DNA of 64,000 nucleotides, from contig OZ260663.1 of the NCBI GenBank assembly GCA_965285935.1, positions 78,926,001-78,990,000 on the forward strand. The letters are read 5' to 3'. This stretch comes from Ophelia neglecta. Taxonomy: Eukaryota. Position numbers and translations under genes: made by a program. This document shows, piece by piece, positions 49,418 to 62,300 of the stretch (position 1 is the first letter of the stretch; each line of letters opens with the position of its first letter). The notes under the pieces are model-generated. The model made no database searches. It was not told the DNA's origin and saw only the letters and a list, made by a program, of their open reading frames with translations.

Positions 49418-49478
49418 TCAGATCTGTTGAGCTTTGTTTGAAATTTCACAGTTTATCAATCAAAGAATAGATCATCAT
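49418..49478 (-). ncRNA. Box C/D snoRNA, copy 6 (BTF3L4 5' non-coding region)
   Basis: ATGATGA-TCTATTCTTTGA-TTGA-...GTGAAAT-...AAAGCTCAACAGAT-CTGA; terminal stem TTTCT/AGAAA. Confidence 0.85.
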
Positions 49479-49984
49479 AAGAAAGATATTGTAGCAGAAA
49501 AAAACAGTGGAACCTATTCCATATGTACTGAGGTTGGTGGAACTCATAGGTACTTTGGAAGTAGGTCGAATGTCAAAATTTGACAATTTTTGAAAAAACA
49601 AAGTGAACACACTAAAAAGATCCTATTCATCCAATCATGATAGAGCCATTTGGCCACCATTGAGAACTGGCAAGGACTAGCATCCAAAGCAAGGACACAC
49701 GATAATTCCGTATCTAACAACACGGTCTAATGATAATCCCAAGCTTTGGTTTTGACCACTGAACAAGCCATGCTGACAGACTGACATGCGTTGTCAAAGA
49801 CCAAATATGACAGCACGCGTGAGAAGTGGCTTCGGTCCTTGTTATCAACATATTCAGCGCGCAGTAACATAAGAAATCTTGGGTATTAAAGACCGTAAAA
49901 TGGTTAACTACAATGGGACATAACTCACTGATTTTCACCAGAAACCCGGTGTTATCATTTTTACTAGAAACCGGTAAAACAGAC

Positions 49985-50080
49985 CTGATAAATCAGCTTT
50001 CTTTAACCCACGAGGAGCACAAGATGGCGGGCCGGAAAAGAGGGCATGTGACGTCATGATTTATAGAAGCCGCTTCCGGC
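49985..50080 (-). promoter_or_regulatory. TCT-motif/5'TOP promoter and putative non-coding first exon of BTF3L4
   Basis: Minus strand, in order: ETS-like CCGGAAGC (50072-50079), CTATAAAT (50060-50067), CRE TGACGTCA (50049-50056), polypyrimidine initiator CCCTCTTTTCC (50034-50044), YY1 site CCGCCATCTT (50021-50030). Candidate donor CAG|GTCTGT at 49985/49984. Confidence 0.7.
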
Positions 50081-50269
50081 AAATGGTCCAATACTCTCAA
50101 AAATAAATCAACTAGATTTTATTCAATTGACCACCGAGAATGATAAAACATTGACAACTTTCCAAGTAAAGAATTATATTTATACCAATCTACATCAAAT
50201 TTAGAGGTAAATCACGGTAAATATTTAAAACAGACACTTGTTATTGAGAGTATTTGCAAGTGCCCTTCT

Positions 50270-50310
50270 CCTCAAATCCCGCAGTTTTGAGATTTAAAGG
50301 CGCGAAATTG
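50270..50310 (+). promoter_or_regulatory. E2F/CHR-like elements upstream of NASP
   Basis: GGCGCGAAA (50299-50307), TCCCGC (~50277-50282) and TTTAAA (50293-50298) lie ~60-90 bp upstream of the ATG, consistent with an S-phase histone chaperone. Motif-only evidence. Confidence 0.45.
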
Positions 50311-50366
50311 TCGAGAAGATTAGAAGTGTCCTGTCAATTGTCCAGCAAATCCACACAATATTCACC

Positions 50367-53300
50367 ATGGCCGAGGTTGCTACTACTGTACCTGAAAAGA
50401 TGGAAAGGTAGAGTATTTCGTTGGGATAATCTTACAGCCATTCATTACGCGTCTATTGAACAAAATATGTAAGATATTTGACATTTTAAGTGGGCTCAAC
50501 GAAACTTGGTTGACAAACACAGCCGGCTGAAGGAACAAAGAAGCCATTTGCCATGTTTGACTGCATAGTCCGCACATGGTTTTTTAGCAATGTTGAGCGT
50601 TTTTAGGCACATTGTTGCATGTCTCTTCAGTTAGCGATCACTGGTTATTACAGGATCTAAAAGACAAATGCAACAACACCTGGAAGAATCAAACGTTTTT
50701 ATAGTCGGTGTTCGATTTCCGAGGAGCCGGCTACAAACCGGGGGCTGCAGATTTCGAAACTAGTTGGGAGTTGTCAGCTTAGAACTCCCAGTGATATACA
50801 CAAGTAACATTGAAAAATCCACCATTTATTCAAGTTTATTCAATTTGTTTATGTAAATAGACAAGTTGGGAAGAAATATATTCCATTTTTACGAAACTCT
50901 CGAGCTCTCATGTGTTTTTACATTACACTCAACTATTAGATCACAATTCGATCCCAGTACAGATAAAAATTCTCTCTCAGCGGAATCCAAATAATTGTCC
51001 AGACGATATTGGCATTAATGAAAGGATTTTGGTGACCGCTTAATAGGTTGATAATAAATACAGAATGTCATTTATATTATTTGAGATAGAAACCACGCAT
51101 CAAACTTTATGAAAAATGCAATACAAAAATTGCATCGGGAGTATCAGGCTTTCTCCAATTGCGTCTTAGATATCGGCCTAGGCATCAAACATCGTTATTT
51201 TAAGCACTCTACTCTGTGAGCTAATGTTTCAAATAGCTGTCAATGTTTTTAAACAAGTCACTCTATCTTGAAAACCAGCTTTGCAAACATCTCACTATAA
51301 TAGACCGACACATGCGCAAGAAACAAAAGATCACTATCCTCTAGGCATACATTCTCTTAAGGATCTGGTATATATTGGTGCATTTGGATACACATTGTCA
51401 GGGATCATCTGGAAGGGCGGCCTTGGGCCAATAGACCTTTCATATTTTTAGAAACCCGTACAAAATGGGTATACTGCGCTAATCGCCCATAGCCACATAC
51501 ACATTGATAATTGGTATGCTCCTCTAATTGTCACGCCCATAGCAGCCAACCGTGCTGGCTACCTATAAGTTAATTATATGACATTGGGATCACTTGCCAT
51601 CACAGTCTCAGGCACATAAACAGTTGCGAGTGAGTGATCCGCCAATCATGCTTTATGCACTCCAACGGCTCGACGGTGGCCGCCATCCGATTGGTTTGAT
51701 GTAGGTCAGGTGAAGGTAATTAGAACAATCACATTTATCGGGTCTCCCGCTCTTCGGCATGCTTTTCGTATGAGTGGAATAGATGCCGGTGTTATAAAGT
51801 TGCGCATGAATTATCTTATATTCTGCAAGGCACCGCTGTGCGCAGTCAACTGGCCGATAATGCCACCCAAAAGGAAATTAACACCAATTCAAAAACAAGA
51901 AAGCATCAAGTATATATTCACAGTGAGTTTATGGCACACCATGATTTCTTTGCCCTTTTCTTGTCGGATTTCACATTTTCAGCCTAACTAGTAACTAAAG
52001 TTTGCACTGCACAATTCAATGCTGTAGATCTACATGTACATATTTCACACAAGCTTCAGCTATCAATCAATTTGCGGTATTGTCAAGGGGCAGAAATTCG
52101 AGCATCCAACACAGCCCCGTATTTTAATGTTATAACAATATTTAGTATTAGTTGCCCTATCCAACATTATAAAAATGAGGGTTGTTGTCCAATAAATGAA
52201 AATAAGATTATATGGGTAAAAGTACACTAAAGGAGGCCAGAGGGGGTAGTCCTCTTCATACATGTCTCATTCTGTGTTTAATGTGTGGAGCGTTTCAAAA
52301 CTTGGCAGACAGGGAACACACATAATTATCTTCAAGATGACATAATATTTTTTTGTATCAATGCCATAATTTTATAGTGAATGGATGTTTTATTCCAAAA
52401 ATAGCCTCTTTTTAGGCATGTCAAACGTTACATTTCAGGGGTTGTCCTATTGAGAGTGAATAAATTATGTTGCCGACTTACATTTTGCTATGAGTTTTAT
52501 TTGTTGACTGTTGAGCAAATGAATAGGTAATTATAAAAGAAAAGAGGCATGCTCTACCTTTTCTCTTTACTGAGCTGCGTACTCCGAAAAACGGCGTTAC
52601 ACACGTGTCGGTGTTGTCAATGAAATACCACGTATTTTATTTTTCTATACGCTCCTATCTTTATAATCTTTGTTGTTTTATTCTTTCGTGGTTATATTGT
52701 TCCGCGCATCTGCTACCCACAAAACACAGAAGGCAACTCATTGTGTTACTTGCAGAACAACAAGACGTTAATTTAGGTGGGCTGGTATACGTTTTTTGCT
52801 CCGACACGTGTATAACGGGGCCGATAAATGCGCTGAAGAAATTGGAACTGGGGCGAATTTACTTGTGTCTGCATGTGCCGTTGTGTAGCACGTCATCAGT
52901 TGTCGCGTATCAACCCCAGCGGAAGCGTCATAGACTCATCATGGCGGGTCGTGGAGCAAGTTAGGTTTCGCAATGTCAAAATAAATTGTGCGACACGGTG
53001 TAACGGCGCCCGACACGGGTGTACAAACATCATCATTTCGTGCAATAATATGCATAGATTTACTTGACAACAAAATGAACAAAGTAAAAGGGGCGAAGTT
53101 CGGAATATTCTAATGTATAACCCTGCTTCCGTGGGCGATAAGGTGGCAGGTGGCAGCGTTGTGAAGACGCGCTGTCAAACTTGGTCATACCGCAGCGTAG
53201 CGTTTGACACAATATTCAGCTTCTTGTGTCACGTAGAACGTAGCTTTTGACAATTGTAATTAGTAACACGCTTTGCAGTAGTGACTGTTACTTTAATATT

Positions 53301-56300
53301 TGAATGTTTGAATAAATAACAGTTTTTGAAACAATACTTTTGTTATGTTGTTCAATTAATATGCCCTGTACGGAGAAGTGCTCATGAAGTAATAACTGGG
53401 CAAAGAAATAGAAGGGCAACTGTCAAACAACACTGGGACTACATGCAAGATGTCAAAAGACACGGGCAAAAATAAAACTGCCTTCATTGGGTATTTGAAT
53501 ACAGGTATTTTAAAACTTTTTTGCTTCCTAGTTAGCTTACAGCATGTATAATAATTATATAAAGTTATTTGCTGATGGAACAAATCTTTTCACATTTAGA
53601 GAATTTTGAAATGTCAAAAAGTGCTATACCAAATATCAAAATTATAAAATCCTCCCATTTAAAATCTTATCATTAAATCTGATTAATTTCTTTTACATAA
53701 GGTATATTACAGTGCAAACTATGTTGTTTAAACAAAGTTTGCTAAAAAAATAATGAATGTTTTGGAAATATATCCCGTCAAACGTTTTGCAACACCTGTA
53801 TAACACGCCACACCTGGCCCCTTCTGAACGGGAATAAAAAGTATTTATGGTGATGGAAACGTTTCCATAGTTTGGATTTTGAAAATATAGGTAAAAAGGT
53901 TGTACATTATCATAAAATCTTCTAGATACAGTTCATTTGAAATTTCACACCCATGTAACGCTTTTGGCCTCCTTTAGTGTACTTTTACCCATATGCCATT
54001 ATGCAATGATCGTTTGTTTAAGGCCCACTTGAACAACCTCCCTCCCCCCCCCCCCCCCCCCAACATTATTCATCTGCTGAACCATAGGGCATTAGACTCG
54101 TTCCATGTCTACGCGGGCAACAGTGAACATATAAACATCGTAATACCGCAGACCTGCCTGAAAAACTTGGAACTCATTTACTGTGGGGGGTTTATATGCA
54201 TATTTTAAACCATTTTGATTAAATCTCCTATTAAACTAGAATTAAATTTCATATTTTGCAGTGAAGAGACACCAAAAGCCACAGAGCCGGCAAAAGAAAC
54301 AGTAAAAACTCCTGATGAAAAACCTACCTCAGAGGTACCTGAATCTGTTGCCGTTGAGGCAGTTAACATGCTTGCTCAAGGAAAGAGAAACATGCTAGTG
54401 GGAGAAATACCTCAAGCCTGTAACCAGCTACAAGAAGCATGCAGACTTCTGTGAGTATGTTTACTATGGCTACGTGTCCATCTGAATTATTAATAGAGAT
54501 TCATTTTTATTTTGTGATAATTATAGCATAGAAAAACGAGTAATGATTGCACATGTTGCATAATTCAGGGCTAAAAAATATGGAGAGACCAGTGACGAGT
54601 GTGCAGAGGCCTATCTCACATACGGAAAAGCATTGTTGGAACTGTCTCGAATGGAAAGTGGCGTTTTGGGAAATGCTCTTCAAGGCAGTAAGTATAAAAC
54701 TCCTTTCATTCTTCTAGGACAGAGCAACAAATATTTCTTCAAGATATGTATTAGTCACTTTGGGGGCAAACCAAATATCCATGATACAGATTGGTTTTGA
54801 AATGAAGGCCTGGTGCATAAGGCAGAGGTTACAAAATCACTGAATGTTCCCAGATGAAATATCAGACTTTCAGCATTTCTGTATAATGCAGATCCAATAT
54901 ATAGTGCATTGACTTTCTGTATATCCACAATATTGAATTCCTATGAGATGGTTTGCCTTTTGTCAAGCGCAAGGGTTTACATCCCTTTTGGAATATAGTT
55001 GGTATAATTTTCACCTGTTATACTTTATTATTCAGTTGATGAAGACGAGGACAAAACGTCACAATCATCAGATGATAAGACTGAAGAGTCCGACAAAATG
55101 ACAGGTATGTACTTGTTTTTCGTAAAAACTGTCTAAATAGTTTGATAGTGTTATTAATTTACTTAAATATGCCAAACAAAAATATACTGCGTTTCCTGTT
55201 AATTATTTAATACTTAGCGCTAGGTAGGTGGGATTTTAATTTTGTATTTTTAATAGCATTGATGGTATTAGATAGCTCACAAGCATAGAAATAAACACTT
55301 GTCTTTTTACTTGTAAAACACTGCAAATTATGAGGTTTAGCACCATCAAATTAATAATCTGGACTAGCAAATAAGCTGTTCACACATGTCTCACCTGAAA
55401 GATGTGTGATGAATCTTGCAGTAGTTAATTACATTAAGCAATTTATAAAAATGGACAAGAAATGTTAATTGCAAAAGAAACGTTTTATACATGCTACAAA
55501 AAATTTATTAACCAAGCACATTATATAGGTAGAATTTTCCAACAAGCAACTGCTGCTAGTTACAGTATTTTAACTAGCCAGTATGTTTTACTTACTAGTA
55601 TTTTGTTAGTTTGCTAGCCTAAATTTCAAGCCCTAGGGAGGTTGGGAAACAGAAACCTAGTATATTTTTTGTTTGGCCTTATCCTTTTGTGTGGTGTGTG
55701 ATTGATTTGTAGCGCCTGTTGAAAAGGCAAGGTAACTTAGTCCTTTACCATATTGATGTACTAAATTCAACATTGCAGGCTTTGAAGCTAACCAGAGTCT
55801 AGTAAAAACTAAATCAGTCTAGATAGCATCAAGGTAAAATAGCCCCATAACATATGGGAGGCAGATCTCAATGAAATGTGTCCCAATCTAGTAAAAGAAG
55901 AAGTTAGCTTCAAAGCCTGGTATTGTCCAGCGCAAGGTTGAAATAACCATGCCACAATCAAAATTGGTCAGAGTATTTATTTTAGTACTAAAGGGGAAAA
56001 AATCAAAGGATTCATTTACTTAAATATTGCATCAAGTTGCCAAAAGCAATGATACTGAACAGTGACCTTGACGACGCACGTACCTCAGTAAATAGGTCTC
56101 GTGTGCTTCGCCTTCATGTCAGACAGCAAATTGGACATGTGCTCTGACCTAATGGCAATTAACGAGAGATCATTTTTGTATATGTATGTGCAGAGGAAGA
56201 TAAAGAAAAACTAAGTGAAGATATAATTGACGCAATGACAGAAAGGGAGGGTGAAGGAAAGTTGCTTAATGGCAAGAAAGAGGAAGTCAAAGAAAATGGA

Positions 56301-59300
56301 GTGGCTGCCCAGTCTGGAGATACAAAAACTGAAGAGCCTCCTAAAACTGAAGATAAAAAAGCAGAGGAGCCCACAAAAACTACAGACACAAAGTCTGATG
56401 ATAAAAAAGCAGAAGAGAGTGCAAAAGCTGAAGATAAAAAAGCAGAAGATACCACAAAAGCTGATGATAAAAAAGCTGAAGAGACCACAAAGGCTGAAGA
56501 TAAAAAAGCAGAAGAGACAACAAAACCTGAAGACAAAAAAGCTGAAGAGACCACAAAAGTTGAAGAAAAAACCCCAGAAGAGACCACAACTGTTGAAGGT
56601 AAAAAAGCAGAAGAGACAACAAAAGCTGTAGATAAAAAAGCAGAAGATACCACAAAAGTTGAAGATAAAAAAGAGGAAGATTCCACAAACACAGAAAAGA
56701 CAAAGACTGATGTTAAAGAAACAGTGGAGGAGGCAATGGAAACCGAGGAGACAAAAGAGGAAGTAACAGATACGAAAGAAACTAAAAATAAAGAGGAAAA
56801 GAAAGAGGGTGCTGACAAGAAAGGTTAGGGTTTCAAAACATGTACTAATACAAGTCATGATCCACTCTGCAGTGATCCAGTCACTGTATATACCCGAATT
56901 TGCAATCACTTATTTTTCTGCTATTATGGGGTCCGTTGGAATGAGTATAAATACTTGTAGCTTTAAAATAATATTCTTATGGTGATTGAGATATTGCCTG
57001 GACCCTGTAGGAGCTCAAAGGCAAGTGCTTTGAGCTGGAGGAGGCATCAAAAAGGGTCACTGCACAGTTGGTTTTGTAGCATTTCATGATAGAAAATTGA
57101 TTTGTGTCTAGTAATTCTTTTCTTTCATAAATTATAGACAAAAGTATGGTTAAAAATGGTAATCCCTCCCTTTGTTTATCATTCACGATCACCCTTCTTC
57201 ACATGATATGTGATTGATTTATTTGCTGGATTACCTTTCCTGTCCTCTCTGTATATATTTATTGTAGTCCTCACTTGTTGCAAAAAGTGGTTTCAAATTA
57301 GCGGAATATAAAAGCATTAATTTTATCAAAGAGGCTCAGTAGTGTAAATGTGAATTAATGTTTTTGTGTTGTTTGGATTACATTTCTTCCCCAATAATAG
57401 TTGTGGTGTTTGCCCAATTTGTTAAGAATATTTGAGTTCCCTCTTTATTTCTTTTTTTCGCCAATCTTATGATGATTTTTGGTCACAGAAGATGAGTCGG
57501 AGGACAAAGAAACTGAGGATGACGCCGCTGAGAGTGAGGACATAGGAGAAGAAGAGGGAGAGGGCACAGAAGGGGAAGGAACCGAGGGAGAGGCGTCTGC
57601 TGAGGAGGGCAAGGAGGGAGAGTCCAAAAAAGAGGTGGGTATACACTTCAACATTGGAATGCTGTTCAAATTTCCTTTGTCTTTTTGGTGGGCCACTATT
57701 GAGTAACAAGTTTTGTTACCTAGTTGACACCAGCCAAGACCTGCTAAAGAGAGATTTTGCCGCTTTGAAGTGTTTATACCTATCCCTGGTGCTCTCTCCT
57801 ATCAAGGATATAGCTTCTGGCAATGACTGGTGCCATAATACACTGATAATACCTCATCATTCTTAATGACTTTGTTGGGTTGGGATTTTGTCAGGTCAGT
57901 CCTGGATGGTCAAAAAAGTTTCGACATAGTTTGTGATCAGAGGCATTAATTTTTTTGGAGGGGGGAGGAGGCATTTTTTATGTTTAATGGGGAATCTCCC
58001 TAACTCTAGGGTACATGAATGCATACACAATCACATGGCCGATTTTGTAAGTTGATTCCGTCAAGACGTGAAATGGACTGATATTGTTCTGACTAAAGCT
58101 ATAAAATAAGGGCTACTCAACGGTTGCCGCACAAATTTGTGGACAGATAGCTTGATGGACAATGCTTGTAGAAACAATAGCACTGGAGCTAACAGTAAAC
58201 GGGTCCCAGATTGAGATGATAAGGATTCAGAGATTGGTGGTCAAAACTTTGATATTTATTTAGTAAAATACAGCAACAGATAGTATGCTGACTAAACTAG
58301 TGGATATCAGGAAAACAGGCCAGGCACAAATCCTAAGAATTTTTCTAAAAGCAACCTCCGTATCCTTGTATCATTTAGGGCTCAATTATGTTTCTGCTAG
58401 TGTTTTATAGTTTTTATTCAACAAATATAGTTTGGGAATTTTTGTCTCCATTTCTCTTTGTTTAAAAAATCAATAGGACTAACCCAGGTGTGTAACTTGT
58501 TGTATATTAGAATTCTGTAAGGGGGTTGTTAAACATGTTAACCTAAATGAGACCGATCCTCTTCAAGAAAATTTCAAATCAATTAAAACCTTTTCTTCAT
58601 TAAGGTTGCCATGCTTACTGCAGTTTTAAGATACACTGCTGGCATGGTGGTCATGCATTGTCTATAACTATAAAACCACTAGGAGAGGTTTGACTGGATT
58701 AACCGTCTGTGTATTTACAGGACGAGGATGATGTATCCAACCTACAGCTGTCCTGGGAGATGCTAGAACTTGCCAAAAAAATCTATGCTCGTGCCGAGTC
58801 CAAAGAGATGAAACTCAAAAATGCTGAATGCCACCTCAAACTGGGAGAAGTAGGCTTGGAGACAGGTAAGCAAGAATTTTATATCACATTTAAAACTGAT
58901 GGTATGATAAAAGGGCATAAAAACAGCCGCAAGCCAAGATGCAGGATTTCATTGTGGCCCTGAAGGGGCACTCCTCCCCGTAAAAATAATGGCATGTAAG
59001 AAGGTTTGGGGAGTGGGAACCTCATTGTTCAGTTCATTCGAGGATTGAAAGCTGATGGCACAAATAACCCACTGCCAACCTTTTAATGAGTCAGTTTTAT
59101 AATCAATGGGGACATAATGTTCAAGGATTTTGTAGATTACATAGATGTTGTTGATTGATTCAACCTGCCAGCAGACATTAAATATAGATGTGTATATCAG
59201 TCATACATTTCTTGCCTAACTTTTATGCATTTGCTTGTTTTTTTGGGGGTGCATCCTTTTGGTGCAGTGCCTCCATCCAACATGCCGTTAAGTGTCTAAC

Positions 59301-62300
59301 ATTCTGATAGAGTTCACCATGCCAGAATTTGTCATTCGACTAGCAGCCGTTCTAAATATATGTGGTGATATCAAAAAAAAGTTTAAGCAAACAAATCAGC
59401 TGTTGTGGGAAAATTATTTTATTCCTAAATGGTTGTATACTGCTTATACCTCTTGAGTCCATGGAAAAGAAGTTAAAGACTAGCCGGGCAAAGTTCGTTT
59501 AAAGTGTGTAAAATTTGACCACATGTCTGAAGAGCTTATCTGATGGCTGATATTTTCATGTTGGTTGTTTTTAGAACAATACGAGCAGGCTATCGGGGAC
59601 TTGAAGTCTTGTCTGGCTATCCAGAAGGAGATGCTGGAGCCCGAGGACAGATGCATCGCCGAGACCTACTACCAGCTGGGGCTAGCTTGTACATATAACG
59701 CAGAGTATGACAACGCTGTCGCTAACTACAAGGGTGCTGCCGAAGTCATCAAAGCCAAAATTGGTATGTTAGCAAATTTCTTCAGCTTCTGGTTTCTTTA
59801 GTAAGCCAACTACAGTAAAACCCGCTTTAAAGATCACTTCTATATTCAGACCACAAATGTAAATACCAAACTGCACACTCTCAATGTCAAATAACTTGTC
59901 TAAACAGTACACCTCAAAAATCAGACCAGTACTTTTCAGTCCCTTGGGTGGTCTTAATTCACAGGTTTCAATGTAGATGACGTTCAACTTGTACCTCATT
60001 GGATTCTGAAAATTTGTTCGATGTGAATTTTCACCCAACAAGCTATTTGCATTAAAATGCTTTTAATAGATGACCTCCAAGTCAGTGTGTTTGAAAGTTT
60101 TAGCCTTGATTACAACTTGAAAGTTTTCTTTTGTTCAGCCAAATTAACAAAAGTTGTGGAAGATGCTGAAGCCAGTAGCAAGGGAAAGGAGACTGCCAGC
60201 TTTGATGATCCCGTTGTGATGGCTCAGAAAGAGGTGAAGGAACTGCAGGACATTCTGCCCGACATCATGGGAAAGGTGAGCGCCCATTTCTCTATCTCTG
60301 GGAAACTCAGTGTATTGGAATGTCCACAGAGTTTACAAATCAACAGAGTATCAAGGGCATAGAGCTGGGAAAGCCTCGATCTTTCACAACATGAACCTAT
60401 AGTGCTACCCTTTATATATATGTTGACTTAACCTCCATTTTCTGGAGCACATTTTGTGTAAATGGAAAAACAGCGGTTTCAGGAAATGTTTATCCATTTC
60501 TTAACCTTTCCACTCTATGTCTTCAGACTGCTCTGTTTGTGCCAGTAGTTACTTATGAGTATTTACTACTTAAAACATTGCTGTACGCTTCAATGTAAAG
60601 AAAGTTGAAAGCTTAAGAAACATATTCTAAACTACTGTTAGAAGTTGGATACCCAACAGCTGTGATATCATTAGACATGCATTGATATTAATTAATCATT
60701 CTGGAGAACAGTGTTTTTAATTAATGATCAGTGATTAGGGTTTTAAAACTTGTCACCATAATTTATTTATAAAAATTGCAATGAATTTGCTAAATTTTTA
60801 AATTATATTTAGTGTTATGGGAAATTTTACAAATTGCATGTTTCAGCTGGAGGATGTTGAAGATGAGAGGAAGAGTTCAGACAAGGTCAAACAGATGATG
60901 AAGGAGAGCCTTGCCAGTGAACTGGGCTCCGCCTTCGCTGCAGCAGAAGGCTCCAAGCCTGTAAGTACCCTTTATAGATGTTTTCCTTGTTCTTATAAGG
61001 TTGTTGGTGTTTCAGCATCAAATTTGCAGTTTGGGCTGTTCAAAAAAAGGCACAGTCTTGTGGCCATTGGTTAAAAAAAACTCTTTGTTTCTTACATTTC
61101 AGGAGGCCACAGACAAACCTGTTAGTGATATTACACACCTGGTCAGGAAAAAGGTGAGGCAGAGATGAATAACCAGAGAGATTTCTACACACCAGTTTTT
61201 TTTTCTGGAAAAAATTATCAATCACAAGGGCTAGACAGGTTATTTAAAAAGGGGGAAGGGGGCTGAAACTCTTCGACCCTGAAGAGAAACAAGAAAAACA
61301 AAAATAAATTAAAGACTGCCCATAAATGAGGAGTTAAGTTACTCATAAAATACTTTAAGAATAGTCTAGGTCGTATGAAAAAAAGTTTGATTGGCCAAGG
61401 ATCACCAAACATGAATATTAGTCTAATTGCATTTGATCAGTCTTGTGCTTAAAACTGTTTGCAAGGAGTTGCAAAGAGTGTCATCAAGAATTACATGACA
61501 TGAATACATTAGGTTGTAGTTTACAGTAGGTTTTACAGTTAAAGGTGTTATTAATTACAGAGGAAGCCTGAGGAGGAAGCAGAAGACTCGGCTAAGAAGG
61601 CCAAGGTGGAAAATGGCAGTGGAGACGGTTCTACTAATGGAGCAGCTGTCAATGGAAATGGAACCGCCTCACCAGAGAAAAATCAGGTGAGTTGGTCTCC
61701 ACTGATTTTTCATTGGGAGAAGGGGGGGGGGGGGGGCTGGGCGGGGGGAGCACACTTTGCTTTTCTTTCTGAAAGTCCTCTTACAGTTAGAAGGCTAAAT
61801 ATAGGTGGGTAAACGGTGTGAAATTTTTGTGAATAGTGAATGTGACTTTCATGAATCCCAAGCCTGTACTACGATACAGGCTAGTAGGTGCAGGCAATAA
61901 TCGCAGGCAATAATCGCAGAAATTTAATGTAATTTTCTTTTTGCCAAAAATTTTCCATACCCCACCCTGTTTTTAATTGAATAGCCATTAGCTAGTGAGA
62001 GTATGTATTAGCATGTGTATGTAGGGCCTACATATCTTTTGGCATGAAATTAAAACCCACTAAGTGTCATTTGTTGCAAATATGTGAATTTAAACCTGAA
62101 TGAACATTTTCACAGTTTGAGCATATTGCTTTACTTTTAGAGACCCAACTTTTACCATCAAATAAAGGTATGCTTTTAAATATGCAAGAATTTTTTATTG
62201 CTTTGAACAGAAATATGATTGTAAAAGAAAGTGTCTAGGAATCTTTTTAAAGAAGGTTTACCATTTTTGCAGGAAATCAAACCCAAAACTGTTGATGATG

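Noticed and set aside
45568-49478. CRISPR-like or transposon interpretation of the six repeated units
   Set aside because: Eukaryotic intronic context, irregular 0.5-1.2 kb spacing, no cas genes, no TIR/TSD, and conservation restricted to C/D boxes and the guide.
56159-56909. Minus-strand and alternative-frame ORFs (219, 232, 126, 107 aa)
   Set aside because: Shadows of the purine-rich repetitive NASP exon 5.
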